Shown here: positions 12,351 to 25,854 of the stretch, in pieces
Numbering within the stretch: position 1 is the first letter of the stretch
How the letters are laid out: each line of letters starts with the position of its first letter
Origin: Hypanus sabinus
Taxonomy: Eukaryota
Direction of reading: 5' to 3'
DNA: 64,000 nt
Assembly: GCF_030144855.1 (NCBI RefSeq)
Contig: NC_082721.1
Coordinates: forward strand, 30,132,001 to 30,196,000
Notes under the pieces: model-generated
The model's database searches: none
The model's input: only the letters and a program-made list of their open reading frames with translations
Told to the model about the DNA's origin: nothing
Translations under genes and position numbers: made by a program

Positions 12351-14421
12351 TCTATTGGATTGATCAAACATGAGTTTTTTTTCATAATTCCCAATTCTAT
12401 TATCACTTTCTCTTCTACTGATATTCAGCTAGCTAATCTGTGGCTCCCCATTTTCCCTCTCCCTCTTTTCCTAAATAACTGGGTTACATTTGTTATCTTC
12501 AAATTAGTGGGAACAATATGTACTAGAATTTTGGAAAGTATTAGTGTATCAACTGAATTCATGGGCACCGTATTCAAACTTGAATGCAGGTCTATTAGGT
12601 TCTTGGGATTTGTTCACTTTTAATCTGTTAATTTCCTTAGTGTTTTTGGTTTAAACTAATGCTGATATCTATCAGCTCTTCCTTCACTCTATTTATCATT
12701 TTTTAGTCCACTATGTCCAATGGTGTTTTTGTGACTTCTTCCAGAAAAACAGTGAACTTTGTTTAAATTCTATGTCAGTTCCTTATTGTCCCCTGACTCA
12801 CAATATTTGGCCCACATTAACTTTTGCTACTTTTTTCCTCTTAAACACTTATATCAAAGCTTTTGCATTCCTGTTTTGAGAAGATTACTTTCCCTTTCCT
12901 TTTCCAATCATTGTAATTTTATCAATGGACTTGCTATTCTTTTTGGCAATATATAAGCCTATTCCTCTTGATTTAGCACAGTCTTTATTTTCTCTGATTA
13001 CCACTTTCTAGCTAGATCTTTGTGTCTGAAGGGATAGGTGTGTATTTGTTATGACCAGTACATTCATTCTTTTGAGTATTACATTTTGCCATCATGCCTT
13101 TTAAATTTAGTTTCCATTCTGCTATAGATAGCTCATGCCTTATACCTTTGTAGTTCACTTTATTTTCTTTTAAAAGCCTGGTTTCAGATTAAACCAATTC
13201 ATATTCAATTATTAGATAACATTCTGCATATTATGATCACTCTTACCTTAATTACAAGATTGTTACGCAGATTTCCATACTATGAACTCTAAATACTATG
13301 TCTATGTCAATTTACTTAGCTATCTAGATTATATGAAGCCTTTCCATATTCTCAAATTTCTCTTATTTCTAAAATCTTGTTTTCCCTTCAGACATGAGGG
13401 TTCATGAAAGGTGATTCAGAGGGTGATTAATGTGCCTTTTACACACATTCCATTCCTGAAATAAACTGCAGATATTATTTCTCCAGATGTACTCCAGTTT
13501 GTAGGTCAAAATTCTGGACATTAGTACAGCCAGCAGATCCAGCTGCATACCTACCCAGGTTCTTCACTCACGCAATGCATCTATCGTGTTTCTGTTTTCC
13601 TAATCCATGAACATCTACCCATATTCCATCCATTTTAATCATGTTAATGAAAGGCCTGAAATGGAGAGTAGATTGGAAGTAAATTTACTCTGAGCTGTTC
13701 AGGATTCTTCTAAATTTTTCTCCATTTACAATTTAAATTTGTGTCGCTTTACACTTTTCTTTAAAATATTGATTAACTACTTTTAATAACATCTCATTGG
13801 GCTGGACTAGTTTCTGAGAAGCATTGATCTTGCTTATTTTGTGAAAATGATCAGAAAATCTAATTACTGAATTGTTACCTGTTAAGTGTAAGTTCATTTA
13901 ATAATAAATCAGAAATGAGGAGAAAGCCTTAAGAATACAATGGGCAACTCTCTTATATGTCGGGTGTTATCTATGTGGATGTGGTGGAGACAAGTACAAT
14001 AATAGCTTTTAAAAGACATTTGATATGTATAATAATTGGAAAGGTTCAGAAGGCCATTCAAACACTGACAAATAGGACTAGATTGAATGGGGCATCTTGG
14101 TTGTCTTGGACCAGTTGGGCCACAGGACCTGTTTCTGTACCATTTAACTCTTAAGACTATGATTTTAAAACATTATATGCATGCCAAAGGATGGTAGCTG
14201 TACCATTTCCCCTTTCACTAGTTTCACATCAGGGCTTGAATGACTGTATGCTTTTAGTAATATTGTTTTATCAAGGTGAGCCCAAACACATCATAACCAG
14301 AATACTGCACAAATTCAATGATAAAGCTAAACAGAAGAAAGCACCAACACCAATTTAATTAATTAATTAAAAAATACACTTGATGACAATTCATGGACAA
14401 GCATGAAGAATTACATTGAAA

Positions 14422-14591
14422 AACAAAAGAAAATCTGCAGATGCTAGAAATCAAAGCAACACACAAAATGCTGGAGGAACTCAACAGGCCAGGCAGTATC
14501 TATGGGAAAAGTATATAATTGATGTTTTAGGCCAAGACCTATAGATGCTGCCTGGCCTGCTGAGTTCCTCCAGCATTTTGTGTGTGTTGCT
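14422..14591 (-). mobile_element. PLE-derived fold-back mini-element with 15-bp TSD
   Basis: Inverted arms about 14455-14503 and 14541-14591; AGAATTACATTGAAA at 14407-14421 and 14592-14606. Confidence 0.85.
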
Positions 14592-15416
14592 AGAATTACA
14601 TTGAAAGTACTTGATTCTTCAATGTTTCTCAGTTGTGGCTGAGTTTCAACTTACAGGGAACTTTCAACATCCAGGACTATAATAGATTTAGCAAGGTTAA
14701 ACCTACAGTACTTATTCAGCTTGACATGAAATTCAGCTACTCCCTAAATGAAAAGTTAAATACAATATTTTCTAGACAAGGCTGATCCAAGTAATTTTGT
14801 TTTCCTCCTGGCAGACTGATGTTCTTGGCCACAGTCATCATTCACAGTTGTTTCTTCTTTTGTCATGCTCTTGGCCCACTTAAAAAAACTTGGCACAACT
14901 TTATCTCTCAATTGAATATTGTTGCTTTGCTCTTCTGGGGTTTGGAAAAATCTAAGAATTAATTTAGAGTTAAGTTTGATTCAATTAAAGGTTTAGCTTT
15001 TTCTGCCAAATTAAGAATTGCTTCAAAAATTATTTAACTTCTAGCTTTCTTACACTTCTCCTGTAATATCTTTTGCCTAGCAAATAAATGCCTAGGCCCA
15101 AATTTCCCTAGAATATATATACTGTAGAAGAAAGCCCTTAACTCCAAGTGGAGTCATTGGGACATCGTCGTGACGGTGTTTTTTAGCAGGCTTTCTTATT
15201 TTTATGATGCCAAGTTGCTAGTTCGATGCTCAACCCGGCACGGATGGAAAGAGTGCAAGGGAGCCGGCTGGATATACTATACTTCATTCCAAATTTCTCC
15301 AAAGCAAATTAATTATTAACAGAAGAAAGTCTGCAGGTGCTGGAAATCCAACGCAACATGTGCGTAACGCTGGAGGAGCTTAGCATGTTGGGCTGCATCT
15401 ATGGAAATGAATAAAA

Positions 15417-15454
15417 CAGTCAACGTTTCAGGCCGAGACCATTCTTCAGGACTG
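15417..15454 (-). ncRNA. Minimal hammerhead ribozyme motif in a PLE terminal fragment (about 15320-15590)
   Basis: Minus strand reads CAGTC-CTGAAGA-ATGGTCTCGGCCT-GAAA-CGTT-GACTG: 5-bp helix I, one mismatch in helix II. Confidence 0.62.
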
Positions 15455-17579
15455 GGAAGGAAGAGGAAGACGCCAGTATAAAAAGGTGGGGGGAGAGGAA
15501 GGTGGGAGGTGAAACCAGGTGGGAGGAAATGGTCAAGGGCCGAAAAAGAAGGAATCTGATAGGAGAGGAGAATGAACTACAGGAGAAATGAGAAATTATT
15601 TCTATAACCCACTTTAATGCAGGAATGTTGTTGAAAATGTATCTAAATCTTTATTTGTGAGCAAGACGACGGCACTTGTAGGAGCAAACTCTGGCACTTA
15701 TTGTCATGTGTAAACTTGTTTACAGAAATATGTTGTCATATCTGCTATGTTCAATGACACAGGTGATAGATAGAGACTGGACAATGAAGACCCAATATTC
15801 TGAGAAACAAATAACACACAGTGAGGTGCTACAAATCATAGAACTGTTGTGGCACAGAGAGAGACAATTTGACGTAGAAAGCTCCTTGTAGAATAATGTT
15901 ACCAGTCTTATTCACCTTTTCTCTTCACCCTGAAATTTACATACACTGAACTTCCTCTCAAATTCTCTTTCAAAATCTACAAATAACTGTATGTACCATC
16001 TTTACAGGAAATGAGATTTTGTTGATTACCATTTTTTCACACCTGTCCTTGCATCTGTTACTTGATCATTGAATCTGTGATCCTCGGTACAGCTTCTTTC
16101 TATATTATCTAAAACAATATTTCTATCATATCTTCTCTTCACCTTCATTTCTCCAAGAACTCCAATTCTCAGTATAACATGTTAGCTGAAATTTTTTATC
16201 ATTTGAACATCCTTGTATTTTTTCGGCACCTTCTTTGGAATTTTCATCTTTCCTAAAATGATGATCAAAATTGAATGCAATACTTCAGTTTTGTTGGCTA
16301 ATCAGTATTTATATAAACGTTCTGCACTTGATGACACAATATACCCAAATTCCTTTATAGCAGCATACCCTTTAGTTACAAGCAATTTTGTCTATATTGT
16401 ACTCAGTTATTCTTGTCATATTAAAATTCATCTCCCAGACTCTTGGTTGATTTGCAGGTCTAGCTATGTAACTTAACAGTCTACTCCTTTCACTTTACAT
16501 CTCTAAATCTGATATTATACAAACATTTTAAAAGGTTACACTATATAGCCAAATCAATTGTAATATCAAATAAGCGTTAAGATGTTCCTTTCAATATTGC
16601 CTCAGACACATTTCGTTAACTTACACTTATTTTAAATTAACATTGATGCTGAAATATTGACCTTTAGAGAGAATAAGACCCTTTTGCGGGACACCTTGAT
16701 TTGCTCCACAAGAATGGCCTTCAGCTTCTAGTCGACTATCAATTTAATTTTCCATATTATACCCATTCTGTGTCCTCAGCTTCTGACACAGCTACATTAA
16801 AGCTCAATTTAAACTTGAGAACAGCAGAATGTACCTTCCATATTCCAAAGTTCAACAGTTTCAGGCCACCGGGATTTTCAGCATTTTTATTTCAGATTTC
16901 CATCATCATAAACATTTGTGGTAATTTGCACAAATGATTCTGCATTGATATATCTCCCTAACTGACACCATTATCACCACCGTTCACCAAAAATTGTCTC
17001 TTTGTCATTTAATCTCTCCTTCCTCGCAATTGTTTTCTGTTCTCCTTCCCCTTTCCGAGCATCTTAAAACCGAACACATTTCAAAACTTAACGTTCAAAG
17101 TAAATTTATCGAAGTGAGTATACCATATAAAACCTTGAGATTAATTTTTTTGCAGGCATGCACAGGTAAATAAAGAAGTACAGCAGAATCCATGAAAAAC
17201 CTTACATAACAAAGGCAGAGTCCCTGAATGTGAGACTACAGGCTGTGGACTCAATTCAGTGCTGAGGCGAGTGAAGCCACCCATGCCAGTCTAGGAGCCT
17301 GATGGTTGCAGAGGACCAACTGTTCCTGAACCTGGTGGCATGGGACCCAAGACTCCTGCACCGCTTACCTGATGATAGTAGCAAGAAGAGAAGGAGACAT
17401 GTCAAATGCAGGCATGCAGAATGGGCTCAGGTGGGGGGATCTTTGCTGAACACCAGTTTGTTTTCTGCTCTCAGGTCTCAATGCTTTAATCTGGCTTGAA
17501 GTCCACCCTGGTGCCCTCTCTTCCAGTGATGGCCAACCTTCAAGGTGCCATACCTGCATTCTTGAGAGTCAAAGTCACT

Positions 17580-18790
17580 GATTCCTTTTCTAGCAGTCCC
17601 ATATCCACTCTCATCTCATTTTTATTTTTTACATACTTGAAAAAGCTTTTACTATCCACTTTGATATTGTGTCAGCTTCCCAATCCTCTGTCTTCCAGCT
17701 AATTTTTGCTTTGTTATATCCCTCTCCTGCTTTTACATTCGCTTTGACTTCCCTTCTTATCCATGGTTGTTTTATTTAGCCATCTGGGTATTTCTTCAAT
17801 TTTGGAATATATCTATCCTTCAACTGCTGCATTTTTCCCTGAAACTCATGCAATTGCTGCTTTGTCATCCCTGCCAGCATCTCCTTCCAATGTACTTTGA
17901 CCAGCTCCTCTCTCATACCACTGTAATTTCCCTTACTCCACTGAAATATTTCACTTTCTCCCTATCAAACTTCAAGTTGAACTCAATCGTATTTTGATCA
18001 CTGACTCCCAAGGGTTCTTTTACCTTCAGCTCCCTAATCACCTCTGGTTCATTACACAACACCCAATCCAGCATAGCTGATCCTCTAGTAGGCTCAATGA
18101 AAAAACTGCTTTAAAAAGCTATCATGTAGGCATTCAACAAACTTACTGTCTTGAGATCCATTTCCAAACTATTTTTCCCAATCGACCTGGTTGTTGAAAT
18201 CTCCATGACTAACATAACATTGCCCTTTTGATACACCTTTTCTATTTCATGTTGTAATCTGTTGTCCACATCGCGGCTACTATTGAGAGGTCTGTATAAA
18301 ACTACCATCAGGATCCTTTTATCCTTGCAGTTTCTTAACTCAACCCACAAGGATTCAACATCTTCCAATCCTAAATCACATCTTTCTACTGCTTTGATGC
18401 CATTCTTTATCAGCAGATCCACACCTCCCCCTCTGCTGACCTTCCTGTTCCACTGATACAACATGTAACCTTGGACATTTAGCTCTCAACTACAATCATC
18501 CTTCAGTCACAATTCAGTGATGGCCACAACATCATACCTGACAATCTGTAATAGTGCAAAAGATCATCCATCTTATCTGTTATACTCCGTGCATTGAGAT
18601 GCAACACTTTTAAGTACTGTATTTGTTACCCTTTTTGATTCTGCATCCCTAATGCACTGGTACTCACCCTGCTAGCTGCAGTTATACCCTTTCATCTGCC
18701 TACCCACTATCAGACAGTCTGACTGCATGCTATCTTTGCTTTTTTACCATCCATCCTATCCTGAGTTCTTCACTCTGGTTCCCACCCCCC
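17580..18790 (-). mobile_element. CR1-type LINE fragment (endonuclease region)
   Basis: RGGGVDLLIK...VESLWVELRN...VLYRP APE-endonuclease motifs. Confidence 0.75.
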
Positions 18791-19109
18791 ACCAATATCT
18801 AGGAGTAGAATATTAGTAGTAGAACTACTAGTTGAATATCTAGTAGTTTTATGAGCAGCATAGGAAAAAAGCTGCCATGTACCATCAGCACCATCTTTTC
18901 TAATGAAAGTCATTAGCCTGACTCACTGACTTTTTCTCTGTAAATATTATCTGATATTGCTGGGCCTGCTATCTCTGGCATTTTTTTTTTAATTTTGAGG
19001 TACAAATCTGGGTTTCATGCTATTCTTAATATACCTTGCCTGAAGGTAATGTCAAGTACTTGTTTTTTGTCAGATATCTGACTGCAGCGTCAATGTTAAC
19101 CCTACTGGA

Positions 19110-19319
19110 ACACACACAAAATGCTGGTGGAACACAGCAGGCCAGGCAGCATCTATAGGGAGAAGCGCTGTCGACGTTTCGGGCCGAGAAGAGTCCTGAC
19201 GAAGGGTCTCGGCCCGAAACGTCGACAGCGCTTCTCCCTATAGATGCTGCTTGGCCTGCTGTGTTCCACCAGCATTTTGTGTGTGTTGTCTGAATTTCCA
19301 GCACCTGCAGATTTCCTCG
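19110..19319 (+). mobile_element. PLE-derived fold-back mini-element with 16-bp TSD
   Basis: 81-bp inverted arms (19109-19189 and 19207-19287, one mismatch); TGTTAACCCTACTGGA at 19094-19109 and 19320-19335. Confidence 0.88.
19193..19226 (+). ncRNA. Minimal type I hammerhead ribozyme motif
   Basis: GTC-CTGACGA-AGGGTCTCGGCCC-GAAA-CGTC-GAC: helix I GUC/GAC, intact core, ACGU palindromic helix III, predicted cleavage after C19223. Helix II needs one A-C mismatch or bulge. Confidence 0.7.
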
Positions 19320-20589
19320 TGTTAACCCTACTGGATACAGTTAATTGGCCCGGCTCTTAAAACATAAGCAATATTTGGGGCAATTCTACAATTTTGTTAT
19401 GTGAGCAAATATAATCCATAAAAATGGATACTCCATTATCCAGAATGTCATTAGATATTATTGCAGTATTACACGTGAAATACAACAAGCACCAGGGGTA
19501 AGTGTACAGTTGAAGATCCCTGTATTACTCAGCTTTGCTGCTTTACAAGTCATCCACCTTAGCTGGCCTGCTAATCTCCATTTGGTTCTGCAAAAAAAAG
19601 ACTGACCACTGCACAAGGACGCTTCAAGTAGAAGGGATTAGAATTAAACCTTTCTAATCCTCTTATTCTGACAGTAACAAATATTAAGCAATTGACAAGC
19701 TTTGGATAACACACAATCCTTGAAAATTTTCCAGTTCTTTAAGGCACTTAACACTGCTGCAGCTGCAGGCTAAGGGCCCAATAATCTCATGACAGTAAAT
19801 TAGAGCCATCATTCTGAAATGATTAGATTGTGCTTGGGAAATATCCAGGCTTTGAATAATAGTATTACTTTAGGACCAGCAATACACATCTCATTTTGGG
19901 TTTTCACTATAATTCACATTGGTAAATATAATTTTATGGTGCATAAGCAAATTGAAGGAAATGTTTTACAATTGTCAAGTTTTATAAAATTATGTTATGC
20001 TTTTAAGAAACTATCACTTGAAAGTTATTTGTATGATACAGTGCTGAGTACAAGCTGTATTTATGGTATTCATTAATGTTACAGTGAGGGGGTGCTACAT
20101 TGTTGTAAATGCCATTCTGTAATAATGTGTAACATAAAAGACTAGCGTGCTTATTCAGTTCAGATGCGTTGAAATTGCTTGAAGAAACAAAGAGTTATTC
20201 TTGTGTCCAATAGGATTAAATATTCATCCCTCAAGCAAAGTTTTAAAAACTAGTCAATCGTGTTACTATTGATAGTGAACTCTTGTTTGGTGCAAAAGAG
20301 TGATTCCACTTCTTATATAAAAATAGATATTCTACTTAATTCTCAAAAAATATTAAACTACAGATGCTGGAATCTGAAACAAAAACTGAACTGTTGGAAG
20401 AATTCAGTCAGTCTAGCAGCATCTTTGGATGTAACTAGTTAATATTTAGAGTCGGAACCCTTCCTCAGAATTCTGTCTGGTTAGAGGGCATTGGGGTGCT
20501 CTTGAGTGTTGAGTTCAGACTTGACTTTCATTTGATGCTTTGCAATTTAGATTGTAGCTAATGGTGCTGTGTATCCAGTTAAATGTGAA

Positions 20590-21790
20590 CAGTTGAATTG
20601 GGGTCAGGTGGGAGCTACAGTGCCCCTGAAATCTGCTCTGCCATTTAAACAAATCGTGTCTGATCTGATTGTAACCTCAGTTACATATTAGCATCTACCC
20701 ACAGTAATTTTCACCCCCTTGCATATTATGAACTTATCTACCCATGGTTAAAAATATTCAAAAAAGTTCCAAGACTTATGGCTGTCTGAGAAAAATAGTA
20801 TCACTTCATCTCTGTCTGAAGTGGGCAACCCCTTATTTTAAACAGTCACTACCATTTTCAAAGTATCTCACAAGAGTAAGAATTCTCCCTGAGTCAGGAT
20901 TCTTCAGGATATATTAGTAAGCCCCATCTTACTCTTTTAAACTCCACAAGATACAAATCTATCCTGTCCATTCCAGGGCTAGTGAACATTCTGTGAACTG
21001 CTTTAAATACTTTAAAATTCTTAAGATAAGGAGATCAGTGTTATAGTCATAGAGTACTAAATCACAGAAACAGACCCTTCAGCCCATCTAATGCTGACCT
21101 GATCTTTTACCTAGTTCCATCTACCCGCATCCTGACCATATCCTTCCAATTCATGTACCTATCCAAACTTCCCATAAGTATTACAATTGAACCTGTATCT
21201 ATCACTTCTACTTACAGCTTGTTCTGCACTTATATCACGCCCTGAGCAAAGAAGTTTCCCCTTAAATGTTTCATCTTTCACCTTAAACCCATGACCTCTA
21301 CTTCTAGTCTCACCCAAACTGAGGAACAAACACTTATTCAGCCTATCTGTACCCCTTATAATTCTGTTGATCTCTCCTCTTTCTCTTGCACTCCAGGGAA
21401 TAGTCCTAACCTATCCAGCCTTTCCTTATAACTCGGGTCCACAAGTCTTGGCAACATCCTTGTACAGAGAACTCCTGATGTACTGTCACCATATGACTGA
21501 AGCGTAACTTCCCTACTTCAGAATTCATTTTCCCTAAGCAATAGATAATCAGATTCTGTTAACTTTCCAATTGCTGTACCTATGTAGTGGACTTTTACAA
21601 ATCATATACTAGGACATTCAGATCCTTTTGTATCTCAGAACTCTATAGTTTCTCACCACTTAAATAAACGTTTTAATCTTTTTCTGCCAAAAATGAACTA
21701 TTTCACATTTTGCCCACTCACTTAACCTATATGTTGCTTTGTCGCTTTCTTATGTTCTTAGTACAAATTATTTTCCTGCCTTTGTTTTTG
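20590..21790 (-). mobile_element. Old nested CR1-type fragments
   Basis: Reverse-complement CR1 3' UTR and ORF2-end patterns similar to 58670-60605. Confidence 0.5.
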
Positions 21791-22529
21791 TCCTCAGGGA
21801 ATTTTAGTTTCTGGCAGAGATCTGTTGCATAAGGTAAAGTTCCAAGTTTCAAGTAAATGTATTATCAGAGTACATATATTTACTATATACAACCCTGAGA
21901 TTCACGAGTCCATAGGTTGTGGTAACAGTTCAGTGATGGGGCAGGTGAAGTTATCCCCTCTCGTTCGACAGCCTGATGATTGAGGGGTATAACTGTTCCT
22001 GAACCTGGTGGTGTGCATCCTGAGGCTCCTGTACCTCCTTCCTGATGGCAGCAGTGAGAAGAGAGCATGACCCTTTGTGGTGGGGCTCCCCGATGATGGA
22101 TACTGCTTTCCTGCGACAACTCTGTGTAGATATGCACTTGTACCCAGTTGTGTTTCATATAACCATATTTTTCTATCTAATTATCCATGAAGAATAGAAA
22201 TATGCTTGCTTTAAGAAAAATATGCTCGAGCTAATGGGAAAATAACCATGCTTGGTCACATTTTAACTTGTAATTGAAACTTATTTATTCAATAATATAT
22301 ATATTCAGTCAAATCTTTATACGTATACAGGAATTTGTACTGAACATGAATCCTAATGAGAAAAACAAAACATTTGCTTGATCTCCCAGAGATTTATTAA
22401 GTACAATGCCTGCTCAGGCCACTGCTGAAATTTCAGAATTCCTGGGCTTCTAAGTATGTGAAACTGAGAGAGGTTTCTTTATGTTCACTGCCTCATTTGC
22501 CACTTTATCATTGGCTTTAGCAAAAGTTA

Positions 22530-23570
22530 AAGGTTCAAAATGAATTAATTATCAAAGTGCATATATGTCACCATATACAACCCTGGGATTCATTTTCTGG
22601 TAGACATACTCAGTAAATACAGGAAACTTGATAGAATCAATGAAAGACCGCACCCAACACTCAATGAAAGACAAACAACCAATGTGCAAAGGATGACAAA
22701 ACATGCAATACAAAAGAAAAAAAAGGAGATAATATTTAAAAATTAAGCAATAAAAATTGAGAACATGTTATGAAAAGTCCTGAAAGTGAGTTCATAGGTT
22801 GTGGGAATAGTTCAGTGATGGGTGAGTGAAGTTATCCCCACTGGTTCAAGAGCTTGATCGCGGAAGGGTAATAGCTGTTCAGGAACCTGGTGTCCTGAAC
22901 TTTCTTGCTAATGGCAGCAGTAAGAGAAGAGCATAACCTGGGTGGTGGAGATCTTTGAAGATGGACACTGCCTTCCTGTGTCAACGCTCCATGTAGATGT
23001 GCTCAATGGAGGGGAGGACTCTACCTGTCGTGGACTGGGCCATATCCACTACTTTTTGAGGATATTCCATTCAAGGACATTGGTGTTACCATACCAATCT
23101 GTGATGCAACCAGTCAATATACTCTCCACTGCACATCTATAGAAATTTGTCAATGTTTTAGATGTCATGCCGGATCTTTGCAAACTTCTACGGAAGTAAA
23201 GGCACTGTCGTGCTTTCTTCATAATTACAGTTATGTGCTGGGCCCAGGACAGGTCCTCTGAAATGATAACACTGAAGAATTTCAAGTTGCTAACTCTCTC
23301 CACCTCTCATCCCCTGCATGGATCTCTGGTTTCCTCCTCCTGAAGTCAATTATCAGCTCCTTGGTCTTGCTGATGTTGAGTGAAAGATAGTTGTTGTGGC
23401 ATCACTCAACCAGATTTTCAATCTCCCACCATATGTTGATTTGTCACTACCTTTGATTCGGCAACGGCAGTGGTGTCGTCAACAAACTTAAATATGGCAC
23501 TGGAGCTGTGCTTAGCCTCACAATCATAAGTGTAAAGCGAGTAAAGTAGGGGCCAAACATACAGCCCTGC
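22530..23570 (-). mobile_element. Rex1-type LINE fragment immediately 3' of the NIM1K-like stop codon
   Basis: ISEDLSWAQH...KKARQCLYF...NFYRCAVESILTGCITDWYGN. Confidence 0.78.
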
Positions 23571-23601
23571 TGGTGCTACAGTTTTGATATATTTACATGA
23601 T

Positions 23602-24351
23602 TTATAGAAGCAAACACATTTTTGAGTTCTTTACACGTGCTCTGAAATTCCGGCATTTTCGTTGATTTGGCCTATTGGCACTCGAGAAGTTACTTATCAT
23701 GGCACAGCCTCCTGGGTTATATCTTTTTTGGGTCCGGTGTAGAATAATGCGATAAGTCCCACTAATAGGATTGTGGGATTCCAAATCAAGGTTATTGTAG
23801 ATATGTTCCTCTGTGATCCCCAAGTCACTTAATGTTTTCTTCACTTCCTTTTCCTCTTCACTTAGGGGCAGATGACCAGCTAAGTGATCTGGACTCAAGT
23901 GAAATGGTTGGTATGGTTCTGGAACTTGCATCTCTCTCAGCCATTGACTGTCCAGGATATTAGCTATGGTGTAGCGGTTTGTCGGAATGGGTTGCAGAAT
24001 TCCATGGATTAGTTTCTTGCAGGGATCTGATACATAAGGTGGAACTGCATATGATCCCAATAAAATGCATTTTTTAAGCTTCTTGACAGTGTCTGCACGA
24101 AAAGGCAATGTCGCTGTCACCATGAAATATAATAGGATGCCTAAAGCCCAGATATCCACATGGATTCCGAAGTAGCCTTTCTCTCTAAACAGCTCTGGGG
24201 CCGCATATGGAGGAGAACCACAACACATATTTAGGGGTTCATTCACAGGACGCAGGATGCTGAATCCAAAATCACCCACCTTCATGTGGTTTGTGGCTGA
24301 ATAAAATACATTTTCTGCTTTGAGATCCCGATGCACCACGTTGTTCTCATG
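23602..24351 (-). CDS. NIM1K: NIM1-like kinase coding exon 3 to stop ([14 protein letters not shown]...CLLL*)
   Basis: Acceptor TTTAACAG; [11 protein letters not shown] and GSPPYAAPE motifs. The three exons total 1308 nt = 435 aa plus stop; C-terminal CaaX (CLLL). Confidence 0.9.
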   Translation of the reverse strand, partial: HENNVVHRDLKAENVFYSATNHMKVGDFGFSILRPVNEPLNMCCGSPPYAAPELFREKGYFGIHVDIWALGILLYFMVTATLPFRADTVKKLKKCILLGSYAVPPYVSDPCKKLIHGILQPIPTNRYTIANILDSQWLREMQVPEPYQPFHLSPDHLAGHLPLSEEEKEVKKTLSDLGITEEHIYNNLDLESHNPISGTYRIILHRTQKRYNPGGCAMISNFSSANRPNQRKCRNFRARVKNSKMCLLL

Positions 24352-25129
24352 CTGTTAAAGCAAATGGAAAAACAAGTTGGAAAAATATGAAGCAGTCAAG
24401 AAATGATGGAAGAAGTGGGGAATTAATAAACTGTTGAGTGAAAAACATGAACTGGGAACATGAAGACAACTAATGTTATGGCCACCACTAACAGCAGATC
24501 CATTACTCAGGTACAAAGATGAAATTTCCCCAAAATATGATCAGAATCATAGTAACACATACAAACTGCTGAAGGAACTCAGCAGGTCAGACTGTATCTA
24601 TGGAAAGGAAAAAACGGTCAATCTTTCAGGCAGAGAACTGATGAGTTCTGGTAATAGTTCGCAAGTCACAGAAGTCATGTAATAAGGAGAGTGCACATAA
24701 ATCAGTTAAGGTCAAGAAAATGGTGCTCTATTCTCTAGAACAAGGAATGTTTAAGGATAGACAAATACTGTCTTTAAAATTATGAAGGTTTTTCATAGAA
24801 GTACTTAATCTGTTGGAGAACATCAAACCTAGAGGCATTAATGTAAGAAAGTCACTACTAAATCCAATAAGGAATTCAGAAAAAATATTTTTACACAGAA
24901 TTTTTAGAATGTAGAACTTGCCAACAAAAGGAGTAGATGAGGGATCATTCTGGACACCTTGAATAAGATGCAAGATATACTTCTAAGGAGCAAGGAATAA
25001 AAGGCTGTTTGGGATACGTGAAGGGGGAATAAATGGCCTTGTATGGACCAAAAGTATCAGCATTGACTTCTTTCCATCTCCATTTTTCTGCCTTTCTTCC
25101 TACAAATGCTCCCAACCTGCTGAGTATTT

Positions 25130-25345
25130 CATAAACTCTAGAAATTCTGCGGATGCTGGAAATCCAAAGCAACACGCACAAAATGCTGGAGGAACTCAGG
25201 AAGTCGGGCAGCATCTATGGAAATAAATAAACAGTCAATTTTTCAGGTCGACTGAGACCCTTCTTCAGGACTGGAAAGGAAGGGGGAAGATGACAAAATT
25301 AAAAGTTGGGGGAGGGGAAGAGGGATAGCTAGAATGTGATAGGTG
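25130..25345 (-). mobile_element. PLE terminal fragment with hammerhead-like core in NIM1K-like intron 2
   Basis: Minus strand reads CAGTC-CTGAAGA-AGG...CCT-GAAA-AATT-GACTG at about 25232-25273. Confidence 0.65.
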
Positions 25346-25854
25346 CTTTTGTATCAGCATAGATCTGTTGTGACAGTATCTTTATTTGCCGTTAATCTGG
25401 AAATAACTGAAAGTACCTGGAAATGCATTAAAACTGCAGGGTTATTCCATTGTGGACAAATTATCTCAATCTCTGGATTACAAATCTCTAATTGTGGGTT
25501 AGGAGGTCTGAAAAGGTGATTAGGTTGAAAAAAAGGGAAGCTTAATCAAATCTTTCAAAATACACAGAAAACACACCCTGACGATAATGTACAGCTTCAA
25601 TTTGTATGAGATAAGGAACTTACTGAAATGGCATGTCCTAAAACAACATAAGTGGGAGAATATGTCAATCAATTTAAAATACAAAAACAATTTTTTTTGT
25701 GCCAGGTGTAGGTAACATCATAGCAATTGTTAGGTTATATGGACAACCTACCTAAGTGATGATCACTCCAGTTCACTGGTGGTAGAAGTACAAATTTAAA
25801 GGTGACCCTAACACGATACGATCTTTATTAGCTAAGACTGTACTTCTCACTTAC

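Noticed and set aside
19426-19503. ATG-initiated segment ending at a GTAAGT donor on the plus strand
   Set aside because: No partner exon or homology; consistent with chance.
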